A DNA stretch of 64,000 bases from the human T2T-CHM13v2.0 reference genome, Homo sapiens: the NCBI RefSeq assembly GCF_009914755.1, contig NC_060942.1. One strand, given 5' to 3'. The notes beneath the pieces were generated by a model that saw nothing but the letters and a program-made list of their open reading frames with translations, made no database searches and was not told the DNA's origin. The translations under genes and the position numbers were made by a program. The stretch's first letter is position 1. Each line of letters starts with the position of its first letter. This document shows positions 28,292 through 45,750 of this stretch, one piece after another.

Positions 28292-30198
28292 TCAGTACGC
28301 ATCTTATGTTGCTTAGCTTCTATAAGACCACTATCCATACTCAACCCAAGAAAACACCACACAATTAGCATAGGCTGGATTATTACATTTGTTATGTTCA
28401 ACGAAGTGATATCATAGTCTTTGTGTTTTTTATGATGATCAGACCCACTTTTGAATTCATTCTGTATTCAGTACTACATACTATATTCTATAGACTGAGT
28501 TGGCTGAAATCCAGGACATAATAAGTAGGTAGGGGAACTTGGGCAAGATTTGCTAGGCAGGGCATGCTGTGACTTTAACTATTTGAATAATTCACGTGTA
28601 TAGAAGACATGGAGTTATTCTGGGTGAAGGTGCAGATGCCAAAACCAAGGCCATTGCGTAGAAAGTGTCTAGAGTGAGATGGGGGCCCAGTCACTGTCCA
28701 GAGAGGAAAGCAGGCCACAGTTCTTCCATTGCTCAGACGTGCCTGGAGTGGTGAGCAGAGACTGAGTGAACACCTGCTGTGGAGGTGGGCACTGCAGTGG
28801 CAAAAATGGGGACTCAGTGGCACCTTTCAATGGCAGACCCAGGCTCTTGGCCAAGTTGTGATGAAAGAAATTCAGCAGCAGGTGGGCGAATCAGAGGTGA
28901 CAAAACCCTGTTTGGGGCTGTTTATCACCATTTTGAGAAAATTAAAACCAAAGCAATGTTTTCTGAGACTATTTTTGAACCCATTATGAGTATGATTTCT
29001 AGAGTAGGAAGTACAGGATTGGAGGATGATGTGCTCATTAAAGTCCCCAAGAATGGACAGCAGTGATGATTCAGAACAGGCAAATCCTGGAAGAGGCCTG
29101 GTTCCGATGTGGCAATAGGGGAGTAGCTTGAGGAAACACACTGCACATCCCTTGAAGCCTTGGACTCAACAAAGAGAGGCCCTGAAGAATTAAGTGGGCT
29201 CTCTGCTGCCTCTGGCTTCATGTCGCCTGTATTTAAATCATGATCCCTTTCATCATGTTGTTCCAACAAGCATACTTTCCAGAGATCAAAGCAGATTCCT
29301 CGATGACACACATAAGAAATGCAGGCGTGGGGTGGAGGTGACATGAGATATTAGACAGGTTTGTAGGGCCTTTAAGAGGGGAAAATTCTGCATCTCAAGA
29401 ATGCCCAATTCAGCCAGGTTCCAATTATGGTGGTAATGTCACGTGTCAAAGCAGTGATGTCTAATTATTTACCTTATTTATATTTGTCAGCACACAGAGC
29501 AGCCAAATGTAATTCCTTCAACATTTCTTTTTGGAATGACTCTCAGAACTGTGGTGACTGGAAGTTAGTAGAGTAAATGCCTCCATGAACAAAGACGTTG
29601 TGTTTCCGTGTCAGACATCCTTGTGTCTAGAAGGTGGGCTTGCTTAAGCTGGAGCTAGGGCTTTCGTAGACAGTTTGGAGGTGCAGTTGGGGAAAAGAAT
29701 GCTCATGGTGCCAAATGCCACTTAGCACTCCTAGGGGACTTTTGTTTAAATTAATGCATTTGCAGTGATATATGTGACAGTGCTGCTATATCCAGGTCTG
29801 CTTCTTCCTGACCAGGTTCTACTTAACTCAATGGCACCCAGTGATTTAAGTGGGAATTGGGAGAGGGTGAGATAGAAGAGTATAGGGGGAGAAGGGAGAG
29901 TTGTACAAAGTGTGAAAAGGAAGGGTGATTGACTGGAAAGTGTGATTCAAGGAAGAAGGTGGAAGTCCCTTATACCAATTCCTGGGCCTGTAGTTAATCC
30001 ATCTGGCATCTCTGCTTCCAGGGCCTACGTTGTGGGGCAGGGCACACCTAATCCCATTCATACTTACATTAGTCTTGACTTCCCCTAATCCTCTTCTCCA
30101 TATTGGTGTACCCGCAACAACAGTAAATGTGTTTGGTTCTGTTTTGTTTCTTTTCCTGTTAGCATAGCCTCAAAAGGAGATTATTAAAAGAAATGTTG

Positions 30199-30770
<572 letters not shown>

Positions 30771-32107
30771 AAAAGAAATGATGCTATACATTTATTTTTT
30801 TGCTTTCAATTTTAGCAATCAAAAATCTAGAACAAGATATAAATGTATGTGTTTACTCCTTCCAAATAAAGTGGAAAGTGAGTAGTCAGTAAAATGCAGA
30901 ATGAGCCCAGGACGTTAGGATAACAGGGAGGTTGTCATGCAGTTGAGGTTCTGGGTCCATGATTTCCTATAACCTTTTAAAAGTTCAACCTTTTAAAAAT
31001 TGGCATTTAACATGCTTCTCTATGGGGCAGAATTGGAATGAACCTCAGAATGGAACTGAACTAAATCTCCAGCTTATCCCCCTTGAGAATTCTGAGAAGG
31101 TAATGCCCTTTCTTCTAAGTACTCAGATCTTCAGATAACAATGCTTTATGCTTTTAAAGTACTCTTTGCTGGTATACTAGCCCCAGGGAGAGGTAGATTT
31201 GTGCCAGCATCTAAGGCTCCCAGGAAATATTCACCCTTGCCAGTCCAGTCTTCACCAGCCCCACATCAAAGCTATTTTACAAATGGGAATTTGGATCCCG
31301 GTTTATAACAATGGAATTAAAAGGCCAACCTACCATGGATATAGCTATGTATAATGTAGATGACTTTAATGTGTTCCTTACAGCTCTTTGGAGAGTGAGT
31401 ACCATCTTTGTCTTTTTATGAAGGCAGATGTTTTGGGCAAATTAAATGGATCAGAGCTAGATCCCATACAGGAAGCATCACCCATCATGATGTCCACGGT
31501 TAATGTGTTTTTCATCTCATGGATGTCAGGGGTGGGGGTAGATGCCTTTATCTCTGTTATGAACTCAAATCCCTTCAATTTATCTTTATTTTTAGGGATT
31601 TAAAAAATTACCATTAATTTGAGTAAAATTCTAATAAAAACAGTAGATGGCCTTTTAATACTAATATTTTCTACAAGTCAAAACAAAAAATTAAAGGAAA
31701 GGCCACTCAATTTCATTGAGTATTCTGTATTAGGTTTCTTGGCTCCAGCATTTAAATAGCTTTTGCTTGCTAAATATATAGGGTATTCTCTGAATTATCT
31801 TTTTATTGTTTCCCAAAATCAACTTGCTGAAAAGGAACTATGTTGGAAAACAGTTACTATCTTAAAACACTTTTCTGTTTTCAAAAGTTTGAAAAAAATG
31901 GCATATTTAAACAACAAATTCTTAAACTTGAGATTCATATGATTTCCTCTTAAAGGGGATGAATTTGCAAATTGCCAAAGATGGTTTACAGTGTCTGACT
32001 TGCTGGGACACCTGTATTTGCTAAGAGAAATGTTATTTAAAAAACACCTAATATATTTGGAAGCACAAAAAAAAATGACGAAGGGAAAGTGGGGTGCATT
32101 AGCTCCC

Positions 32108-32598
32108 TGTGAGGGTCATTTTTATGTATCAACTCAGCTGGACCAATGTCCCTAAATATGTGGTCAAACATTATTCCAAATATTTCTGTGGGGGTGTTTT
32201 TGGATGAGATTACATTTAAGTTAGTAAATGTAAGGAAAGCAGGTTGCCTTCCATTATGTGGGTGAACCACATCCAATCAGTCAGAAGGAATTTTGCAAAA
32301 GACGGTGCTAAGACTGCAACAATGGGTCCTTCCTGAGCGTCCAGCCTGACAGTCTTCAACTCCAAATGTGGTATCAGTTCTTTCCTGGATCTTCAGCCTG
32401 CCAGCCTACCCTGCAGATCTTAGACTTGCCAGCCTTTATAATTGTGTAAGCCAGTTTCTTAAATCTATATATAGTGTGTATATATACATATTATATGTAT
32501 GTCAATATACTTTATATAAATATGTAAGTATATATTTTATGTATATATGCATACATTTCCTATGGGTTCTATTTCTCAGGAAAATCTTGACTAATACA
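32108..32598 (+). mobile_element. MLT2 (ERVL) solo LTR
   Basis: TG...CA termini (tgtgagggtcatttttatgtatcaact...cttgactaataca), near-perfect 5-bp TSD ctccc/ttccc, and the internal TA-rich tract typical of MLT2. Confidence 0.8.
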
Positions 32599-33655
32599 TT
32601 CCCCTTTCAGAGAGATCCACTAGCAGAGAAATTTTTGGTCAAGAAATTTAATTGCATGGTGTTTTCCTTGATGGCCTGGTTGGACCATACGCTGTCATAT
32701 ATGTCCCCTTCTTTTGTCCAGAAAAGACAGTGCTGGACAGTCAGGAGGAACAGCCAAGAAGAAACCCTAATCAGTCCACCTACGATGAACAAAATAGAAC
32801 ATTCTTGAAGTTTCCTGATGCTAAAAAACCTTTTAAACTCAGCTGGCCTGAGGTCCTGCAGACCCAGGATCCCTGTCACCCACTGGGGATGTGAGGTAGA
32901 GGAGCAAGCCCCGCGTACTGGCCTCACACTGAGGCCCAGTTGAGCTCCAAAATGGGACAAAGTACTGTTTTCCCTAAAACTTGTTCTCTTTACTCTTCAA
33001 ATCAGCATCTGGTACTACTGCCAGTGCCAGTGCTGGTGCTGAGTGTTTCAAAAACAGTTCTACTTCTTAAAATAAAAATGTTTATGGAAAAAAGATCATA
33101 TTTCTAATCTCTTTCAGTTATTTCTGCGGTAGAAGCTAGGAACTTCGTATCTGAACACCCAGATTAATTGTCCTTGGAGTGGGGCAGACAGTAGAGATTG
33201 AATGTAGCTGTAGCAAGTTAAATCTCCAAACAAAACATGTAAGATGATTTTAACATCTTATATAGGCTTCTGGCACAAGGTATGTGTTCGTTAAATATGT
33301 CACGTGAGTGAGAGCTTCTTGGAGTGCTCCCTGGAGAGGTGGCTGAGTGTATGTGTTTCTCGGCAGTATCATCATTGAATATTAGAGCAGCTGCGGGTTA
33401 GAAACGAAGGCAGGGCTTCTGGGCAGACTGCCTGGCAGGAGAGATGCTCTCTGCAGAGTTAGTGCCGGGAGCTGGTGCCACCTCCCCACCCGATCTCCCT
33501 GAACATGTGTCTCATGCAGGGCCACACTTGGACCACTCAGAGTGGTCAAGGGTGAAGAGCACATGCTGTTTGCTTGTTCTGTGTTGACTTTCCTTTTTAC
33601 TTCTTGTTTGTTACCTGTCTAATTGCCTCTGGTCTGTGGGTAAATGCTTTATTAG

Positions 33656-33917
33656 TTGGGGCCAAAGCCCAGGCATTCTCCGGGCCTACTGAATCAGGCT
33701 GCGTCTCCAGGGAGCTCACAGTGTGAGGTGCCTGGGCACGTGAGTCACTGGGCTGGGTGGCTGCAGACTCCCGTCACGGCAGTCGGCTCCCTCACTGCCT
33801 CTGGACTTGCCAAAGTTTTGTTGAGGTGGAGAGGTCGCCACAGGCTGAAAGCATTAAGGAGAACCACCCTGGCATGCGGAGCAGTCGGTGTGCTTTGGAG
33901 GAAAACATACAAACCAG
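33656..33917 (+). other. Candidate alternative exon (internal first exon or poison cassette) ending at a consensus 5' splice site
   Basis: CAG|GTGAGT at 33917/33918, local CpG enrichment, overlapping CACGTG/TGAGTCA at 33737-33747, and an upstream AG-free pyrimidine tract. The 5' boundary is uncertain. Confidence 0.45.
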
Positions 33918-34384
33918 GTGAGTGTGTGTGGACAAGCTGGGGCTTGGCTGCCAGATGCCGCCCTCCCCTTTCTGGTGGGACTGCTCAGGGACATCTCCTC
34001 CTCCTCTCTTAACATCTTCCCAGGTGTTTCTTTGAACAGAGCAATGGGTGCTTTTCCAGCAATATAAAAAGCTTTGAACAGAGAAATTTTACAGATGGTA
34101 TTAACTTTTTAAAAATTAGACAAACAACCTAACTTCAGAAGTTGGTATTTCTTACATTAAAATCCTGGGAAAATTAAATATTTTGCCACTAGTTTTTACA
34201 TCTCTAAAACTAGGGTGATACTGACTACCTGGTGTTGGCCATGAAGAGTCAATGAGGCAATGCTTGTAGATTAACTTCTTGTAGATTGGTAGTGTAAACT
34301 TCAGAATTTAAAATTTATCCATGCTCACCCTCCCTCCCTCTCCTTCTTTATCTCTCCCCCTCTCTCCCTGTCTCCTCACCTTTG

Positions 34385-34700
34385 ATTTAAGTCAACAAAA
34401 ATTCATTTTGTGCCCCGTGTGCCAGGACTGGGCATACAGTGGTGAACAAGACACACATGGCTCTGCCTCATGGAACTTTCCATTCTGGCCAAGATGATAG
34501 ACAAGGAACAATAAAGGATATATGTAATAATGACAGCTGGTGATAACTGCTGTGAAGAAAAGTAAAGCAGGTGTGAGGCTTCTAGAGGGTGGCATGTATA
34601 AGGTGGGCAGACACTATTTATACAGGGTGGACGAGGAAGACCTCTTTGAAGACGTAATGTTTCACCCAAAGAATGGAGCCAGCTGGAGGTAAATCTGCAT
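34385..34700 (-). mobile_element. L2 3' fragment
   Basis: caacaaaaattcattttgtgcccc gtgtgccagg...atacagtggtgaacaagac...cctcatggaactttccattctgg. Confidence 0.6.
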
Positions 34701-36670
34701 CCAAAATGTAAAAAGCAATGGATTAAGGCATTCGAAGCAGTTTCTGAATCGTCAGGAACACTGTTGATAACATGTCAGTGTTATCAGCTGAGGGATGATT
34801 ATCATGAAACTTTTTAAGTTCTAGAATTTCTAAATCTCTGTGTGTGTGTTGTATGCAGGGAAAGTGCATTTTCCTCAGTATGGATTATGCTTTATCTCTG
34901 TCTGTGAAAACACTGTTGCGAGAAGCTCAGCTCAATTTAGCAGAACATAAGTGGAAAGTAGACATTTGAACGATACTGATGGTTGATTTCCATTAAGTAG
35001 GAATTGAAATGAACTGTTGAATTGTTGCTTTTTGATATGTGGAAATGAGTAAAAACCTTACGTATCTCTTGGTCTTTAAAGAAAATCTACTTTGATATAA
35101 AAATTCTTTTTAAAAAGTTGGCTTATACCCCCACAACTATCAGAAATGCAGCTAACAGAGCTAGCAGTTTGTAAGGAGTTGCCTTGGAAACTTCTTTCCT
35201 AGAGAGAACCCTCCACATGTAATGTACGGCTTGCCGTTTGGAAAACAACCAGTGTGAAATCCTTCTCGAATCTGTGGGTGTGCCAAGGCAGGCTTTTCCT
35301 CATGGAGAAGTAAGTGCTGGTGCTTTAAGGGAACCCCTTTTTCATAGGTGTATGGGAAGAAGAAATCCCTGTCAGCCTGCATTGGCTCTGGCTGGTGTTA
35401 CATTCCACCGCAGTTCATCTTGAGATGTTTCTGGCAACCCTCTGTTTTCAGTGCTACTACAAATAGGGACTGTTTACCACCCCTGGTATGTACTAACTGC
35501 TAAGGTACTTAATGGCACCTTGACCTTTTTTATTCCACATCTGTGTTTTGACTCATAGTTCCTTTTTTTTGTCGCAGTTCCTTACATGTGTACTTTAGAG
35601 TTTTGATATTTCATTTAAAAGGTTGACCTGGGCCACCTTAAAGTGACTTTATGTATGTTTGCAGTATTTAGTTAGTTTAAGCTTTAGTGTAATCAACAGA
35701 AAATGGCTATCTTAGCGGCATATTAATTTTTCAGGTGTTAATCTTTTGTTTTCTTCAGAGACAGTGGTGTTAGTGAGCGACTCTAGGAAGTTCCCCTTGT
35801 TCCGTATCCAGCACCAGGAAGGGAGGGTGTCAGGCTGGAATGGTAATTAATGAGAGTTCAGGTTTGTCTGTCGCAAGATGAGGCAAATGTTTTTACTTGC
35901 ACTCTGGGATCTCAAGCGCACTCAGATGGATGGGTGTTTTGGTTCACGTTCTGGCATTCCCACTGCACATCATGCATTTGGAGTGATGTTACCAGAGCTG
36001 TGAGGGGACACAGCATAGGCAGCGTGTGGAGTTTAGCAGGAATTTCATGGTAACACAGAGCACTCACTTCACGCTTCTTTACGGTCTCCTATGTTGACTC
36101 CCTCAAATCATCCATTCTTTTTCCATTTATGGGGTAATCAGCATAGAACCTCGAAGCAAGTAGTGAGATCTAAGGGCTTGAAAGTCAATGTGCCCATGAC
36201 ATATGGCTTCAGACTAGAGCATCAATTCACACTGCCTCACAGCGCTGACCCCGCTGAGGGTGGAGTTGGCTCCATCTGCCCTAAGCCGCCCCCTGGGAAG
36301 GTCCTGCATCCTGGCCCTGTGTCCTGCCGCCTTCAGGGGCAGGTTGGAGCTGGGCTCTGTGCTCCTGAGTGGCATCCTTGTGGGGACGAAGGACATATGA
36401 GAGTGTGGGTGAGGAGAGGCCAAGCTCCTGGCAGCACCAGGCCGGCCTGTTCCTAGGTTCGCATTCCCAGGTTCGAGGCACTGACTTGAGTGGAAAGTTT
36501 TTCCTTCCCATCTCTCTCCAAGGCCATGGTTGCACATCACCACAGCCGAGACTCACAGGAGAGCCACCAAAGGCAGAAAAGGGTTTTATTTTTCCTCTTT
36601 TTTGAAAAGTAAAACCAAAAAAATTCTTGTTTTTCTGTGAGGTAGATTTTTCACAGGTTAAACCATCTCA

Positions 36671-36800
36671 TTTTATATTTTTAGTAGAGAAGGGGTTTCA
36701 CCATGTTGGCCAGGCTGGTCTTGAACTCCGGACCTCAGGTGATCTGCCTGCCTTGGCCTCCCAAAGCTAAGATTATAGGCATGAGCCACCGTGCCCTGCT
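36671..36800 (-). mobile_element. Alu left arm only (AluS-type), TSD-flanked
   Basis: Runs from the central linker to the Alu 5' end; AACCATCTCATTTT is repeated at 36661 and 36803. Confidence 0.85.
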
Positions 36801-37140
36801 GTAACCATCTCATTTTAAAACCAAGGACAAGGAACATAAGCATTTATGTTCCTTCAGAATACAATAAGACAAAAGGGAACAGAACACGGGAGGGAGGAAA
36901 CCTTAGAGAAATTCGGGAAGGAACGTCGCAGTGTCTGTGGGAGCTGCTCACCCGCAGATCGTTGGAGGCAGCCTGTGTTCTTCACACCCCACAGCCACCT
37001 TGTCCGCTGCCACTGTGAGGCGCCTGGGTAGCCAGCTGCTTCGTGAGGTTGGTTGTTTTGAGCTAAGCCTGGAAAGAAAACAGGATTAAAGCAGAGGAGT
37101 AAGATTGGGTTTGATTAATGTTTAACACAAAACAATTTTG

Positions 37141-37451
<311 letters not shown>

Positions 37452-38697
37452 TCACTCAGCAAAAATCAGTTGATAATCAACAACTTGCCAGGCACCGTGT
37501 TTAGCTCTGGGAGTGCAAAGATAGAGTCAGCAATTTATCAATTTGTTATGGTGATATTTCCTGTTAGTTTTGTAGGGGACTTATTTTTCTCTTTTGTTAG
37601 GTTCAGCCGTTGATTTTAAAACAGATGCTTCTGATCTGTGGGTGAATGTGCCTTTGAGGTATAATTGACAATAATAATCTGTACATACTTAAGGCATAAA
37701 ATCTTGATATGTTTGGACATACGTGTACACAGTTGCCGCCATCATCACAACCAAGATAGTGGCTGCATCCAGTACTCCAGAAAGTCTGCTTCAACGACTT
37801 GGGATTCTCTTTTATCCCAATGCCACCCATCCCTTCCCCAGGCAACCACTGATCTACCTTCTGTCACTATGCATTAGATTGTATTTTCTACAATTGTGTA
37901 TGAATTGGATCATACAGTACATGTCCTTTTATTGTCTGGCTTCTTTCACTCAGCATACTTCTTTCACACGTCGCATGGTCTTCATAGTTCATTCCTTTTC
38001 ATTGCTGGGTAGCTTTCCATCATCTGGATATACCAGAGTTTCTTTATCCATACATGTTTTGGTGGACATTTGGGTGTTTCCAGTTTTAGACTATTCAAAA
38101 TAAAGCCTTTGTGAACATCAGCGTACAAGTGTTTGTATGGAGATGTTTTTATTTCTCTGTGGTAAATACCTAAAATGAAATTGTTGAATCATAAGGTAGG
38201 TATCTGTTTAGCTTTAAAAAATACTTCCAAACAACTTCCAAAGGAGTTGTACTATTTCATATCCACACTAGTGTTGTATGAGAGTCTAGTTCATCTACAT
38301 TCTTTCCAACACTTGGTGTGGTTAGTCTGTTTAATTTTAGCCATTCTACTAGGTAAGTAGTGGTACCTCACTGGGGTTTTAATTGGCATTTGCCTAATGA
38401 CTAATGATGTTGAACATCTTTTTTATGTGCTTATTTGCTATCCATCCATCATCTTTGGGTGAATTGTTTGTTCAACTCTTTTTGCCAATTTTTAATTGGG
38501 CTTTCTGTTTCTTATTTGATATTATTGTTTTTTAATATTTCTCTATTACTGAGTTTTGAGTTCTTAAATGTTCTAGATATAAGCCTTTTATCAGATATGT
38601 GATTGCAAATATTTCCCCCAGTCTGTAGCTTATTTTTTCATTCTCTTAGCAGGGTTTCATTCTCTTAGTTTCAAAGAGCACACATTCTTAATTTTGA

Positions 38698-39084
<387 letters not shown>

Positions 39085-39404
39085 AGATCTAAGAAATCTT
39101 TATCTAACTTAAGGTCACAAAGATTTACTCCCATTTTTTTTTCTAGAAGGTTTTAGTTTTAGGTTTTAAATTTATAACTGTGATCTATTTTGAGTTAATC
39201 TTTACATGTAGTCTGGATCAAAGTTTTATGTAGTTCATTTTTGTTGGCCTATGTGTAAACAACTGTTCCAGCACCAACTATTGAAAAAATGATCTTTTCT
39301 TCTATCTTTTATTAGAGAAAACTTCTTTAGTTTCCTTAGTATCTAGAGAAAACTGCCTTTTCTCAGAGACTGAATTGTCTGTACATCTTTGCTAAAAATC
39401 ACTT

Positions 39405-39472
39405 TGTGTGTGTGTTTGTATATATATGTATATATCACTTGTGTATATATATATATATAGGCCAGTGGTAGA

Positions 39473-39510
<38 letters not shown>
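39405..39510. repeat. Compound (TG)/(TA) microsatellite including a pure (AT)18 at 39475-39510
   Basis: Read directly from the sequence. Confidence 0.9.
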
Positions 39511-39512
<2 letters not shown>

Positions 39513-40691
39513 GTCTGTTTCTGAACTTTTCATTCCATACCATTGATCTGTTTGCCTGTCGTATTGCCAATACCACACTGTTTTGATTACTGTAGTTTTA
39601 TAATAACTCCTAAAGTAGGTAGTATAAGTCTTCCCATTCTGTTCTTCTCTTTCAAAGACCTATGTTAGGTCCTTTGCATTTCCATAAGAATTTTGGTTTT
39701 TTTTCTGTAAATTTCTAGGGGGAAAAAAAGCTTGCTTAGACTTTGATTGGGAATGTATTAAATCCACAGATCACTTTGGGGAGAATTGATATCTTCAAAA
39801 TGTTGAGTCTTTTAATCTATGACATGATATATCTCTATTTAGGTCACTAATTTCTCTCAGCAATGTTTTATAATTTTCAGTATACAGACATTACATATCT
39901 TTCATGTAATTCATCAATAAGTATTTCATATTTTTATGTATTTTTTAAAATTCCAATTTCAAATTGCTCATTTGTATTTTTTAGACATACAACTTAATTT
40001 TATGTATTAATCTAGTATTGTACAACCTTGTTAAACTGACTTATTAGTTCTACTAGCTTTTCTGTAGATTCCATAGGATCTTCTCAGATGATCATGTCGT
40101 CTGTGAATAAAGCCAGCTTTACCTTTTCCTTTCCAATCTCAACTGCTCTTTCTTTCTTTCCTTTTATTGCACTGGCTATAATGTGGAATAGTGTTGAATA
40201 GAAGTGATAAGAGTAGACATCCTTGTCTTACTCCCCATCCTAAAAGAAAAGCATTCAGTGTTTCTCCATTAAGTATGATGTTATCTGCAGGGGTTTTTGA
40301 GATGTCCTTTATCAAGTTGAGGAAGTTTCCTTTTATTTCTTGTTTGCTGAGAACAGGAATGCATGTTAGATTCTGATAAATAATTTTCCTGCATATATTG
40401 AAATGATCATTTTTTGTTTGTTGATATAGTGAACCACATTGTTTATTTTAAAACTGTTAAACTGGGGTAAACTGTACCTGGTCACATTGTATTTTCCTTT
40501 TAATATATTGTTGGATTTGGTTGGCTAAATATTTTTTATTGCATCTATGTCCCTGACAGATTGGTGTATAGTTTTCTTTTCTCTAATATCTTTGATTTTG
40601 TTGTGGCAATGCTGGTCTTATTGGATGAGTTGGGAAATATTTGCCCCTCTTCAATTTTCTGGAAGAGTTTGTGTAGAATTGGTATTATTTC

Positions 40692-43889
<3,198 letters not shown>

Positions 43890-45462
43890 AGAATTGGTAT
43901 TATTTCATCTTTAAACATTTATTATAATTCACCAATGCAGCCATCTAGTCCTAGCGATCCCTTTCTGGTAAAAATTTAACTGCAAATTCTATTTCTTTAA
44001 TAGATGTTGGACAATTCAGGTTATCTATTTGTTCTTGAATGAGGCTTTGTTATTTTGTACCTCTCTAAGGAATTTAAGCATTTCATCTAAGTAGTCAAAT
44101 ATTTTGTGTAAAGTTCAGATTTTCTTATTTTATATCTGCAGAATCTGTAGTTGTAATAATCTCATTTCTGGTATATGTAATTTGTTTCTTCTCTTTTTAT
44201 TAATCTGGCTAGATATATATCAATTTCATCTGTCTTTTCTAAGAACCAAATTGATTTTCTTTGTTTCCTTTTTTAATTTCACTGATTTCTCCTCTGATAT
44301 TTATTATTACCCGTATTTTGTGTACCATGGGATTAACCAGCTCTTATTTTTCTAATTTCTTAAAGTGGAAGCTGCGTTCATTGATTTGAGACTTTTGTTG
44401 TAGACTTGCAATGCTGTAAATTTCCTTCTAGGTACTTCTCTTTAGAAGCATCCCATACATTTTGATATATTGTATTTTCATTTTATTCGTTTCACAATCC
44501 TTTTAATTTCTCTTTTGGTTTGTTCTTTAACCCTGGGTTATTTAGAAGTGTGTTACTTACAAAAATATTTTGGGATACACCAGAGTTTTTTTATTTGTTT
44601 ATAACTTGATTCCTTAATTCCATTGTGGTAAAAAAAAAAACAAAAAACATGCTTTATATGACTTCAATCCTTTAAATATACCGAGAGTGTTTTTGTGGGT
44701 CAGAATCTGGTCTGTCCATGAGCACTTGAGTAGAATGTATATTCTGTTGTTCTTGTGTGGAATAGCCTATAAATGTCAATTAGGTGAAGTTGATGGATAG
44801 CTTTGTTCCAGTCTTTTATATACTTATTTTCTGTCTCCTTTCAGTAATCTATATAGATTACTGTGAGATTATTGTTGACGTTTCCAACCATAACTGTAGG
44901 TTTTACTATTTCTCCTTTAGTTCTATCAATTTCTGCTTCAGGTACTTTGAAGCTTTGTTATTACAAACAGAGCTTAAGGTTTACATTTGTCATATCCTCT
45001 TGTCAAATTGACCCCTTTATCATTATGAAATGACATTCTTCATCTCTGGCAATATTCATGTCTCTGAAATCTATTTTGCCTGGTATTAATACAGTCATTC
45101 CAACTTTCTTTTGATTAGCAATTAACATGGTATATTCTTTTTTCATCCTTTTAATTTTAGCTGATTTTTTTCTCTTTATATGAAAAGATCATTTCTGTAG
45201 GACTCATGTAATCAGGTCTTGCTTTTTTATCCAATCTAATTTTAAAGTGATCTGTTTAGATCTTTTATATTTATTGTGACTAATGATATGGTTAGGTTTA
45301 AACCTGTCATTTTACTATTTGTTTGCTGTTTGTCTCATCTGTACTTTGTTACATTTTCCTCTTTTTCTGCCTTTTTTTGATTATTTATTTTGTAGGATTT
45401 TTAAATAGTGTGTTTTTAGCTGTAATTCCATTATCTTCATGGTTGCTTTAGGGTTTATAGTA

Positions 45463-45750
45463 CAGTTGACCCTTGAACAATATGAGTGAACTGTGAGATG
45501 TGTGGTCCACTTATATATGAATTTTTTTTCAGTAAATACAGTTGGCCCTCCATATCAGCAGGTTCCTCATCTCCAACCAAACTTGGATCAAAAATACAAT
45601 ATTTGCTGGATATGAAACCCACATGGAGAGAGGGTCAACATTTTGTTCTGGTGGTTTAGCAGACCCAACTATGGAACTTGAGTATGCACAGGTTTTTGGC
45701 ATCCATGGGTGATCAGAGAACCAATCCCCCAAGGATACTAGACACAACTG
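45463..45750. mobile_element. TcMar-Tigger MITE (MER2B/Tigger2-like) inserted in the L1M
   Basis: TA|cagttgacccttgaacaa...ccaatcccccaaggatact...acaactg termini. Confidence 0.75.

Noticed and set aside
28858-28970. Possible C/D-box snoRNA (GTGATGA ... CTGA)
   Set aside because: Terminal stem is weak, I recognise no rRNA/snRNA guide, and such motifs are common by chance.
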